The position numbers were made by a program, and so were the translations under genes. A stretch of 59,165 nucleotides of DNA, taken from contig JAHLWZ010000886.1 in assembly GCA_020536535.1 (NCBI GenBank), forward strand, positions 1-59,165. Direction: 5' to 3'. Under the pieces are notes generated by a model. The model saw only the letters and a list, made by a program, of their open reading frames with translations. It made no database searches and was not told the origin of the DNA. The stretch is from Pelomyxa schiedti. Lineage: Eukaryota; Protista; Evosea. This document shows, one piece after another, positions 23,376 to 34,933 of the stretch; position 1 is the first letter of the stretch; each line of letters starts with the position of its first letter.

Positions 23376-23655
23376 TTTACCTTTTGAGGGTTGGTGCACG
23401 TTCGACATGCACGCGAGGGGAGCGTAAACAAAAAAGATGCTCGAGGGAGGTACCGAATGATGAAACAAGCACTACACATTATCGCCTTATTCTTTCCAAC
23501 ACTGACCCCACTCCGGCTCCTTCGTGTTTCTTAGTCATTATGACAGCAACCGTGTGGCGATCTTAAAAAGGCCGTTGGCAGGGCTTTAGTGTCACGCAAA
23601 GGCGAAGGGAAACAAAAACTTGCAGATACCAGATTCGTTTGATTGTGCCTTCGAA

Positions 23656-26600
23656 ATGTCCTCTTCGTCGGAACCAGTGAGCAGCAGTGACGAGGACTAC
23701 AAACAGGAGGACGACGACCAGGGCTCGTCGTCCTCGTCCCATGATTCCGCTTCGCGCTCCTCGTCCGACACTGACGGCAAGTCGCGGGCCAGATCGCGCC
23801 GAGGAAGGAACGGCACGCCCACGTCCGCGGCATCGAAATCTCCACTTACATCGACATCTGCCTCTACGTCGACGTCTCTTTCTTCGTCGCGATCGCCGCC
23901 GGGGAACAGCCGCGAGGATGGAGGACGTAGTAAATCTACTAGAACAGTGAAGGCCGGCGCTAGTTTGTTGTGGAGGGAAGAAGATTCCAAAGATTACGGC
24001 GCCGGCGACGAGGAAGACGACGACGAGGACGAGGAGGAAGAGGACGAGCGAAAACTGAGGTCTAAAGTAAAGCAGAGGGGCGGCGGAAGTGGCCGCAATT
24101 ATGGGAGCGGGAACGGAAGCGCCAAGGGGAAGTCTGTTCCGGCACCTGCTCCAAAGAGGAGAAGGACCGGCGGTACTTCCAGGAATTCCACTTCTGCAAC
24201 TGCAGCTGCAGTGAATTATAATCCGGGTATAGTAAATCTCCATTATTCAGGCATTTGGTGTTGTTTTAGTAAGTAACCTGGATTTTCTTTTTGCCCCCTC
24301 CACTCTTCAAGGTTGGACGACCAAACCTTCTTCAAAGTCTCCTCCCTCTAAGCAATCATTGGCATGGGATAAGGCACGAGAAAAACCCTCAGAGCACATA
24401 AAACACTTTTTTGAGTTCATGCGCCAAAAAGAGGAGAAACTCACCCAACACCCTGTACATATCATTCTAAGTGATGACGAAAGCACTGATAAAGTATGTG
24501 TGTTCTGCGTGAGACTACAGGGTCACTGATCTGTACCCAGCATACTGAAACTGCAAGCGCAGATGGAGCCTCAAGACCTCCTTTATCAACACATAAGAGT
24601 ACCATTCTCGCACCCAATAGTGACAGTGACTTTGATCCAAGCCCTATTAAACCTCGTGTGCATGTAATACGTGAGTGAACATTCACCTCTTTTTTCTTAA
24701 AGTTTAACTTCCCTTCAGCCGATTCACCACTACAACGAGCAGGAGCACCCCTTTTTCCTTCCAAGGTTACACTTTGTTCTTCCACACACCCACCAATGCG
24801 CAAATGCCTAGGTTTCCCAGAGTTCAGAAAATACAGAAATTTCTTCCCCCATCAAGGGGGATTGCGCTTCCAGTCCAGGGGAGAGTTCAAACACTAAGTG
24901 TACTTCAAATTCTGATGGAATGTTGGAATGTCCTATTTGTGGACTCACAATGCCACGATGGCGGGAGAATGATATGCAAACACATATCAATCACGAATTG
25001 AATAAGGCAGAAAGCATTCCAGCCAATGCCCACCCACTGAGCACAGGAGCTTTCAAACTCCCTCCAGAGCTGGAAGAGACATCCAGTGAAGAGGATTTAC
25101 CACCACAAATGCGAACGAGTATGCATCTCAATTATCTTCTTCTTTTCCTCATTTTTAGTTTGGGAACGAAAGAAGAATGCCTTAAGTGAAATTCGACAGC
25201 GAAGAAGACTGTCCAGCTTGAGCAGTGGTCTGCACCAACAACATATAAAGTGTTAACTTCACTACAGATGATATTCCAAGTAGATCTCCTCCGGCATCAC
25301 CCAATAAACCAGTGGCAAATGAAGAAAAGCCCAAAACCACCCCACCAAGGAAATCTCTTCTGCTGTCTGTATTTGCTGGTTCTGACAATGAAAATGAAGA
25401 TAATACGTACTATTCCTCTATTCATCTTTCATTTTTTTCCCTGAACAGTTTCTTTAGTCCCTCATCTAGCACCTCACAACGGGTTTGTCCCTCCCATCTG
25501 AATCTAATAATACTACCACTAAAAAAAAAAAAAATTCTGACCCGATGAATACCAGGTTCGACTGAGGAAGACTTGCGGTATTTTCATTTTCTGAATCTCT
25601 TCCTCTAAAAAACTTTAAGAGATCAATTCCACCCCCAGTAGCGCACGTACTGCAGCATCTCCAATTATAATAGATGACACGTCTCCTAAGAAAGAAGATG
25701 TAGCAACAGACAGTAGTGCAAGTGCTGAAATGACATCATCAGGAGAAGACTCTACTTCATCAAATGACAAAGTACCACCAAAACGTGTCACGAAACCGAA
25801 CAAGCACATGTCAGTTGAATCACAGTTAAATATCCTTTTGAGTGTCTGAACTAAATTCTAATTCAATCACCTGGTGTTTGCATTAATTTGTGTACCTGAA
25901 TTAATCCAAGTTTGTGAGAATCACTCCAAAACCATGAATGCCCGCTTGGAAACCTGGGAGTCTCCCGAAGGTTCAAGTGGTTGTATGCCCCTCCCTTGAA
26001 TATCTTTCCTAATTCAGTTTGTAGCCTCCACAAGTAGTACTCGTGTTGCCCAACCATCCTCTCTAAAGAGAGATCTCTATCCTTACCAGCTGGCAGGCCT
26101 GAATTGGTTGTATTTATTGCACCAAATGGAAATGAATGGCATACTTGCTGATGAGGTTGTGTCTATGCGCTGTTCCTTGCAAATTAACGCTCCCATAGAT
26201 GGGCTTGGGAAAAACTGTTCAGGTATTTATTCCACCACCAACTCCCACGATCTGTCATAGTGTTATATCATCCTGCCACAATTATCTCTAGCTTCTATAA
26301 ATGTAGGTAATCGCACTATTGGCATTACTTCATGAGAATGGTGACATTGGACCACACCTCATTGTAGTACCTGCAACTCTAATTTCTAACTGGGAAAGGG
26401 AACTCGCATCATGGTTGCTCTACATTCAGGTGGTTCCTTCTTACAGAACTAGGTGCCCAAACTTAGAAGTTTCCACCTATTATGGTCTCGAAAAAGAACG
26501 CTATGAGATGAGACAAGAATATTTATCTGAAGGCTACTCTTTTAATGTAATGCTTACAACATACACTGTCTGCCAGAGAAAGGGTGATAAGCATTTCTTG

Positions 26601-28536
26601 TCCAAACTTCCTTGGACATACGTCATATTAGATGAAGCACAGGTAATATCTCTGTACCTTTCTTATGTCGTTTTACATACGTTAGAACATTAAAAATGCC
26701 GTGTCCAAGCGCTTTACAAGTCTGGTAAAGATTCCTTCTAAACGTCGGCTTCTTCTTACAGGCACTCCCTTACAAGTAGAGTCTACTTAAATAATATCAA
26801 CTCACTTATCAAGCCATGAAATCAGAATAACTTAAAAGAACTCTGGACATTGCTACAATTTTTGATGCCTACATTATTTGAAGGACCTCGTGATGACTTA
26901 TTTAAGCTTCTCTCTCTGAAATCACAGTCAGAGAAAAATACACAGCGCATCAAGAGCATTTTGGCACCTTTTATGCTTCGTAGACTAAAAACGCAGGTTG
27001 GGGTTTCCTTCACATGTGCAACCATTCAAAGAGTAAATAGGTTATTAAGCATCTCCCTAAAAAAGTTGAATCCATAAAACCTGTAAAAATGGCTGCAGTT
27101 CAAGAATCACTATATACAAGTATCATGCAAAAATCTCGCACCGCCTGGGCAGATTCTCGAATCACCTTGAGCACGTAATACTGCTAAACAAACTCTGTCT
27201 CATTGAATGTAGCGAGTGCAATGCGCAAGGAAAAGCAGAGTGCACCATCCAAAAAAGAAGCTGACGTTCGCAGACTACTCAAGAATCTGTTAATGGAACT
27301 TCGCAAGATGGCTAATCACCCCGTTTTGTGTAGGTGCTTCTACACAAATGAAACTATATCCTTCCTTTTCATGTTTTCGGAGCACAAATGAAACTCCTTT
27401 ACTGTCAATTCCACATAGATCTAATTGCTAAGGGACTGCATGAAAATCATGACTCTTCATTTGCTGGGGTTTCACTTGAGAGAATTGTTGAGGTACGGAG
27501 ACTTCCCTGACAACCAAAAGCTCACACATCTCAGGAACTGCAAAATTACTCTGACTTTGAGCTCCACTTATTGTGTGGTGATCGTACTTTTTTAGTGCAA
27601 CACTGCTTATCTGAGAAGGAACTTTTGGAGTCCTCAGGTATTCCAATCCCCGTTTGTAGTATGCTATTCAACAAAACAAAGGTAAGTTGATGTGTTTGAA
27701 GGACTTAGTGCAAACCCTTCCCAGTCAAGGGCACAAAGTGGGTTCCGTCATTTGCTCTATTCAATTATTTATCCCTGTTGTAGATCCTAATTTTTTCCCA
27801 AATGACTAAGATGCTGGTACCCTTTCCCGCCGTGGGAGTGGAACTAAGTTGTCCTAGGATATTATAGAACTTATGTTAGAAAGCATTCCCGTTAAATATC
27901 TACGCCTTGATGGTTCTACACCAGTTGCAGAGCGGGCAGATGTTATAGACAATTTCAACTCCAACGCGGTATCACTCTTCCATTCCGTTTCAACCCTCTC
28001 ACCCCCTGTTCTACATTTAACAGACAATATCGATTATGCTACTAAGTACTCTTGCTGGGGGTCTTGGCATTAACCTTACCTCAGCTGATACTGTAATTTT
28101 TTATGACCTGGCATTCAATCCCCAAGGTAAAAGCGAAGTGTAACTTCAGTTGCAATATTTTTAACCCGCTTCTCCTATTGCCAGTTGACAGCCAGGCGCA
28201 AGACCGGTTTTTCTCCCCCAACCCAAAAGTAATTAGTCTCACTCCAACTCAGGTGCCACCGCGTTGGACAACAAAGAACCGTAACAGTCTACAAGCTCAT
28301 TGCCCAAGGCACCATAGACAAACGTAATTCCTACCTTTATTTCTTCTTTGCTGTTCCTTTCCGCTTACTCCAATGTAATACAAACACCAATCAAAATAGA
28401 TATTCTCGACATGGCGGCGAGGAAACTCGAACTCCACGACGAGATACTGGAGGAAGGGTCGTGCGCGCGCTCACCAAGCGTTAGCAGAATGCCTGCCAAG
28501 AAGATTACAAGGCTATTTGACGCCCTATTTGCGTAA
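23656..28536 (+). CDS. SMARCAD1: SNF2-family chromatin remodeller, SMARCAD1/Fun30/ETL1-like
   Basis: [120 protein letters not shown]; long acidic/Ser-rich N-terminus. Confidence 0.85.
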
Positions 28537-29018
28537 TAAGAATACAGCCACCCTCTCTCCCTATCACCGTGATACTAAAAGGAACAATAAATTTTGGCAG
28601 AAAAAGGGGGTTTTTCTTTATTTATAGGGTGCCAAAAAGGCACATCGCATGGATTAAACTGGACTTTTAGAGTTGTTGGCTGAAACAGAGGAGAATGGAG
28701 GGGTGAATTTGGTGCCGTTGTGTTGATGAGAAATCAACTGGTGCGGATGGTGTTGTACAAGGGAATAGGGGTGAACGAAAAGGGCTACGACTGACAGGAG
28801 AGTGAACTGAGCTGAACCGGTCCAAAAGAATAGTCCACAAGATGAGATGTGCTTTCACACAGCACAGCTTGCGGTGCCACACAAGGCCAGTGATCAGCGA
28901 GTTCATTCGCGAGTTATTAGCCGTGCTTCCCGTTCACTTATCCCAAAACAGCATCCACCCACTTCAACATCACCTCAGCTCCTCCCCTCTCCCCCGCCTC
29001 AGCCGGCAGGGCGCTCAT

Positions 29019-29334
29019 TTAGGACTTCTTGCTGGGTGTTGGTACTGTCGGCTCCTCGTCGCTATCGACGTAGTTGGGGTCGTTCTTGTCAATGGCTCCC
29101 TTGGCTGCCATTTCGGCCTCGGGGTCAACAGCCTCTCCTCCTGGAAACGGTTACATTTAATACACAGCTTTATAACAACGTGAAAGAAAGTGAAACAACT
29201 AATAGCAGGAAAAAAAATAGGGAAAAAAACAAAAACACCGCGGAGCGGATATGCGTACCCTTTCGGTCGTGGGCACGGTAACCTCGCTTGTCGGTTGAGT
29301 GCCTGTCCTTCTCGACTGGTGTTGGTTTAGGCAT
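29019..29334 (-). CDS. 65-aa two-exon microprotein resembling the N-terminal motif of PDCD4/MA3 proteins
   Basis: Exons 29334-29259 and 29140-29019 (GT-AG intron, 198 nt total) give MPKPTPVEKDRHSTDKRGYRAHDRKGGEAVDPEAEMAAKGAIDKNDPNYVDSDEEPTVPTPSKKS*. Confidence 0.7.
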
Positions 29335-29543
29335 ATTCGATTTGTTGTTGACGACTTTGACTGTCGCTTGTCCGGCTGTGTTGCTGTAGTTTTTCTTTTT
29401 GTTTTTTTAAAGTAACTAAATGTCCGGTCTTTTCCTTCTTAAAATGACGAACCCGAGCAATTGAAATTTCGCTTGGAAGTATAGAAAATGGGGGCGAATT
29501 TCTAAAGAAGAAGGTTGACTTTTTTTTTCAACAGGGTTGTTTG

Positions 29544-31036
29544 TTACGTTTTGACTTTGTTGTAGTTGTTTTTGGATTGGAGTGCCTGGCATGCAAAGCA
29601 TACTATTATAACAATAACGACTAAAATAATGACGGTCACAAGGACAGACAGGATAACGAGTATTTCCCAGGTCTCAAGATTTGGGCAGTACTTGTCCTTG
29701 TCATCACGAGTTACACAAGGGCTGTGCGGTTCCTCCACATAGCCACATAGAGTGCAAGAGTAACTGGTAACGACTTAGTGGGATACGAGGAAAGGGGAGG
29801 AGAGGTTATACAAATCAGTGACTTGAGAGCCACACTTAGATTTCTGGCAACTGTATGAATCCAGAGAGAAATAAGAGCCCACACAGGCTTTATCAGAAAA
29901 GCAGATGTACATGGACTTTTCTTCTTCCAGACAGACGGTGGACATGTCCACTTCACAGTAAGACGTTCCGGTATAGTATGAGCACTGGCATTCAGTACCA
30001 GAGCAATCACTATCACTGTCACATTGCTTGTTGTATGGTAAGTCAACATTATATTGACTAAATTACAATTGTACCGTTAATTCCGGCTCTGAAATTAATG
30101 TGCATATCCCACCTATGCACTGGCATGATGGGTCGCATATGTAATCTCCCTCCTTTTTATCCCTGAGAACCAAATCAATGGCAATTCAGAACGCACGTAG
30201 CAAGCACTCCCTTCCTCCACACTAAACAACTGAATGCACTGAGAGGACGTAATATCACAAAATAGGTTTGTGCCACATGGTGTGCCTCCAGGAGAGCACG
30301 TAGCTCCTTCAGACAATGTGTATTCGCATTGCCCAGAATTAGAACAGTACAGACCCGTGTCACAAGTCATTCCCACACTCCTCCATACAAACAGATCATC
30401 TGTAGTGTAAGGGGCCTCACAGGGCTCCTGGTACTGGTGAGGCAGACACTCGCCATCCACGCATAACATTGAGCCCCAGCACCCGTGTTCCTCATCACAG
30501 TCATCATGTGCGTTTCCCAGAGGAAGACAGGTGTTGTTCATGCACTCAATCATTTGAGAACCAAGCATGTTGGCATAACAAATAGTTTCTTGAGAGGCAT
30601 CAACATTGCATTCCAGTCCCTAAGTTGACAATTTAAACAAAAAAAAAAAAAAAAAAAAAAAATTTGGTGTACTGGCTTTTTCCAATGAAAGTTATAATAG
30701 TATCTAGAAAGAAAAACCAAAACCTCGGAATCAGTGGAGCACTCAGAGTCAATACAGTAGTAGTTCATTGGGCAGCAGTCGTTATTTGGATCTGTACATA
30801 GTCCCTCGTAATCACACTTGTCGTTCACATCGACGCACGTGTAATTCTTTGTGCATAGCTCGCCGTTGCTCGAGGGAGATGACGACGGCGACGGCGAGGA
30901 AGATGACCCACAATCCGGAACTGCGTGCAACTGCGTTAGAGGGCCCTCTGCCTGTCCACAAATTCAAAAACAGGGGGGATCAGATACAAATAAAAAGAAG
31001 AGCGACTAGGCCACCAAGAGGCAACAGGGAGGGCAT
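29544..31036 (-). CDS. Cysteine-rich single-pass (type I) surface protein
   Basis: Hydrophobic N-terminus (start inferred); repeated C-x-x-x-(L/M)-x-C-x-x-x-x-C modules (CPMNYYC, CWGSMLC, CDTGLYC, CGTNLFC); C-terminal TM ILVILSVLVTVIILVVIVIIVC and short basic tail. Confidence 0.75.
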
Positions 31037-31222
31037 TTTGAAGCTAATAGATCAGCGTGAGATTTGCAGTTGCACACCAGCCCGCATCTTCGTTTCTAAT
31101 CAAGCAACCAATCAATCTCATCACATCGCCGCCCCCCTTTGTCTTTTTTTTTTTCTCCCTTTGTTTCCTCTTTATTTCTTTTTTCGCCCTAGTCACGACC
31201 TGCGTGTTAATTGAGATTAAAA

Positions 31223-32358
31223 ATGCGACACATGGTAGTAGCGGCGGTGTTGGTTTCGTTATTTGCAATTGCTTTTGCTGGTCAGCCTACAAGGGATACT
31301 TTTTTTGACTTCTTCGCTGGGTATTTTTCTTTGCCATACCGAAGTGTGAAATTATCACAAGAATGGATTCATTCGTGCAATGCTAACCTGGGTTTTTTTT
31401 TTTTTTTTTTATCAGTGAATGGGATATAACTACATATTCTGCTCTTCTTGATACTGCTTCTGATCCTGAGGCAAAACCAGGTGTGCGTAGTCTTGTACTT
31501 GAATTTAAGAACTCATTGTAATCAACGTACATTTAGAGATTGTGGAAGTTACTCATTACAATATCCAAAAGAAAAACGGGTCCAACACAATTCTGGAAGG
31601 AATCTTTGCCAAAGACGATACTCCAAGACTTGTTAAGATGTTTGTTCCTCCCACATTTGTGTTTGTGCTTTCATAGGAGATGTGAAAAATACATACTCTC
31701 ACCTGCTCACAATTTGCACAATTCACTATACTGATTTCTTTCTCAGAGAAATGACTTCATCCACCGGTGGTGTCTGGTACGAGTCAAACGACAACATAGA
31801 ACCCATATTCCATGAAGTCTTCACTTTCTCCTTCACCAATGTTTCAAATGGCTATTGGATTTCTTGGGGCACCTACTACACTCCCCAGGCCGATCACGCT
31901 TATGAGGTGGTTGGTGAGGCATTGAGCGAGTTTGCTGAGGTTAAGACAGAGATTGCCGAGGGAGAGGCTGTTATCGCAGAAGAAAAGAAGCCAGGGAAAG
32001 GCACTTTGGCCTGCAGGCTGTATGTTGCCACTCTTTCTCACCCAGCTTTCACAATGACTATTTCCAAAGGGAACAATGAGGTATCACTCCTACCAATACC
32101 TTTTGCAGATAACCTAACAACAAACAAAGGTTGAGGTGTGGAGTGCCAAGCGGAAACTTGATCCCCCACAAAAATCATTCCTCCAGAAATACGGAATGAT
32201 GCTTATAATGGGTGTATTCATGTGTATGCACTCCCACCACTCACGCATTTCTTCCACTAACCCCACCACTCTTCACAGTCCAGATGTTCAAGAGCCGAGG
32301 TGCTGGTGCCGCCGCACCTGGAGGAGCCCCAGCAGCAGCTCCCGCAGCTTCAAGTTAA
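31223..32358 (+). CDS. Signal-peptide protein with C-terminal TM, EMC10-like tail
   Basis: Signal peptide MRHMVVAAVLVSLFAIAFAG; C-terminal KSFLQKYGMMLIMGVFM followed by an Ala/Gly/Pro tail, reminiscent of EMC10. Lumenal domain not recognised. Confidence 0.55.
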
Positions 32359-32518
32359 ATGCGCCAATTAAACTCCCCATGATTGTTGCACCTTTATCAA
32401 ATTCAATTGCCCAATTTATATTTCACAGACACTATTGGTTTTTGGCTCTTTTTTTCTTTTGATTCATGTCGCCACCGTAATGTGTTGGATGGCAGTGTCA
32501 TTTTGTTGCCTTTAATTG

Positions 32519-34761
32519 TTAGTGACGAGGAGTCCAGCCAGTGTGAGCTTGTGCTGATGCCTGAAGTGTCTTGAAAATCCGCCGTATCTCGGCTCCAGCA
32601 CCCGAAATCCGAATGTGAGGCCAATCAATTGGGGGAACTGCCCCATCGCCGTATTCTTCTGGGTCAAGGACTGGGAGCACAGGGTGGTCGAGCACGGCGA
32701 GTTGGGTTGCTGTGTACTTGGGAATGGAACCCATAACTGCGGACAGGGGCCCCATCAGCGTCTGTGTTTTGTTTGGAATTGGTGTTATACATTTGGGGGT
32801 TTATTTTGCTTTTTTGGCTTTTTGTTTTGGTTCGGTCGTTTTTGCATTGGGGTGCCAAAAGTGTTTGATATTTTTGGAATTCAACCTCAACAATGTGGTC
32901 TCCACAAAACAGAGGTACTGAGGAAGGCTTCAAGCATACGCAACAGAGTCTCCTTTCCGAGCAGTAGGATATAATTTTACTTAGAGACAAACTTCGGGGC
33001 GAAATGATCAAGTTGGATAAAAACTCAGTGTTTCCCTGAGCCTCCACTCCATACAGTGCTTGCATAGTCCTGTGGAGAAGGGTTCTTTCAATGATAGGGA
33101 TTGAAAAAGAAAGACAAACCGGAGACAGTGGATAACGCCAACAAGTTGCATTTCTAAGCTTGGCTTTGATTTAGTTACTACACGAATGGGGTAACTAAGC
33201 CAAATACGCTGATAAGTTACAAAAGGTGGTCTCCTGGAACTGGTTGAACAAAACAACTAAGGGAAAAAACAGAAAGCTACTCGCCAAGGAAGTAGTGACC
33301 CGACCAATTACTACGGTATGCATGGGCAGAATAGTTCTGAAAAAGAGTTTGTATTTCAGAGATTTTTAAGAGTTGATTTACATCAGGATATGTAATAAAG
33401 CGTCCTGCATTCTCAAAGTAAAAAAGAGGACCAGTGCTAGGTCTGGACAGGGTTAGCATAAACTAAGTCAAGATGCAACAAACGCGATTGACAGGCTTGT
33501 CCACGTACTGTGAAAAGGTTGGGTGGTAAACTCCTGAACCAAAGTAAGGTCAAAACTGCCAGACGAAGTAACTTACCTTCGGGTAGCACATGGTGTCACC
33601 CTGAAAACATGACAAATTGTTGACAAAAAGCGGTTTATCACAACTGGAAACCGACTTACAAAGAAATCGAAGATAAACCACCATGCGCACCTTGCAGTCC
33701 AGGAACCTCTATATGATTGATATGTTACTGGTTTAACAAGGTATTGGCCTGCAGGAAGACTGGCACTAGGTTGTAAAATGGGACCTTCTGTCCCGCAGAT
33801 TGGAACAGCAACATAGCCGCAGTCTATTGATTATTGATTACTAAGGAAGACAAACAAAGTGAAACAAACCAAAACCAAAGATATCGTGCAAAGATAGCGA
33901 GGATGGCTCCAATGGTATAGTCTGGAATGGGCCAGACTTTGATGGGAAGTAAACAATAGTTTTTTCGGGAGGGACATCAGTGTAGTAACAGGATCGAGGT
34001 CCAATGTGATCAATTGGCTCTGGTGGGAATCCCTCGAACCTCTAAACCAATATGTGTATCAAAACAAGTACATAAAAACGATGTGCAGAATACAACATTC
34101 AATGTAAAATAGAGGGGAAAAAAAGAAAAAAGGAAATCACCTTGATAGACTCAACATCATGTGTGATTACAACAGGTTTCTTCAATTCGTAGGATTCATC
34201 CAGAGCCCCCTCCACGTGTTGAAGATTGGCGTCCACGGTCTTCACCCTTGTTTCTGGTCGAGGTTCCCAGCCCTTGCTCACGTGCGTTTCCTCCCATGTG
34301 GGTGCTGGAGGTGGCGGTGTGAGCGGAATCCGATTGTGGGACGGCGGCGGCGGGGGCGGGGTCGGCGTAGACGTGAGTGGAATCCACGAGCCGGGATTAT
34401 GGGGCGGCGGTGGTGGCGGGGGTGGCGGGGGCGTCGAGCCCGGCGGCGGGGGCGGGTGCGGGTGCGGGCGCGGCTCCCAGGACCCGATGTTATGGAACAT
34501 CGACGTCGGAGGTGGCGGTGGAGGCGGGGGCGGTGGCGGTGGAGGCGGGGGCGCCGGCGGCGGCGCGCTTGGCTGCTCGTCGTAGCCGTAGCTGGGCGGC
34601 CGTTCCTCTGTGGTGGTGATCATCGTCGTGGTGGGCGTCGGGGCAGGGGTGGCCTCGACGCCGTACTTGGCGCGGACTGCTGCCTTTCTTTCGTTGGCTT
34701 CCTCCTCGACGATGAAGCCACAGTCGAGCAGGTCTTGTATCTTTTGTAGCTCGTCCTCCAT
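32519..34761 (-). CDS. Hypothetical protein: SHOCT-like N-terminus, polyproline region, unrecognised globular/Cys-containing C-terminus
   Basis: MEDELQKIQDLLDCGFIVEEEANERKAAV (SHOCT-like); poly-Pro tracts; multiple short downstream exons with CKHC...CCVC...CGDH. Confidence 0.6.
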
Positions 34762-34933
34762 CGCCGCTCTTATTACTCAATTGGTTTGTTTTTCTTTCGT
34801 TTGCTCGGTGCACCGTTGTTGAACCGTTTTGTTGTCGGTTGATGGGTCATTCTGCTAAAAGAGAAGGGCTTTGGAAAACCACTTGGACAAATGTGGTTTT
34901 CCCCAGTGTTTATAGTATTGTCGATTCCCTATC

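Noticed and set aside
28715-28815. Possible box C/D snoRNA (TGATGA ... CTGA) in the long gap after SMARCAD1
   Set aside because: No terminal stem or rRNA-complementary guide identifiable by eye; the motifs are too short to support a call
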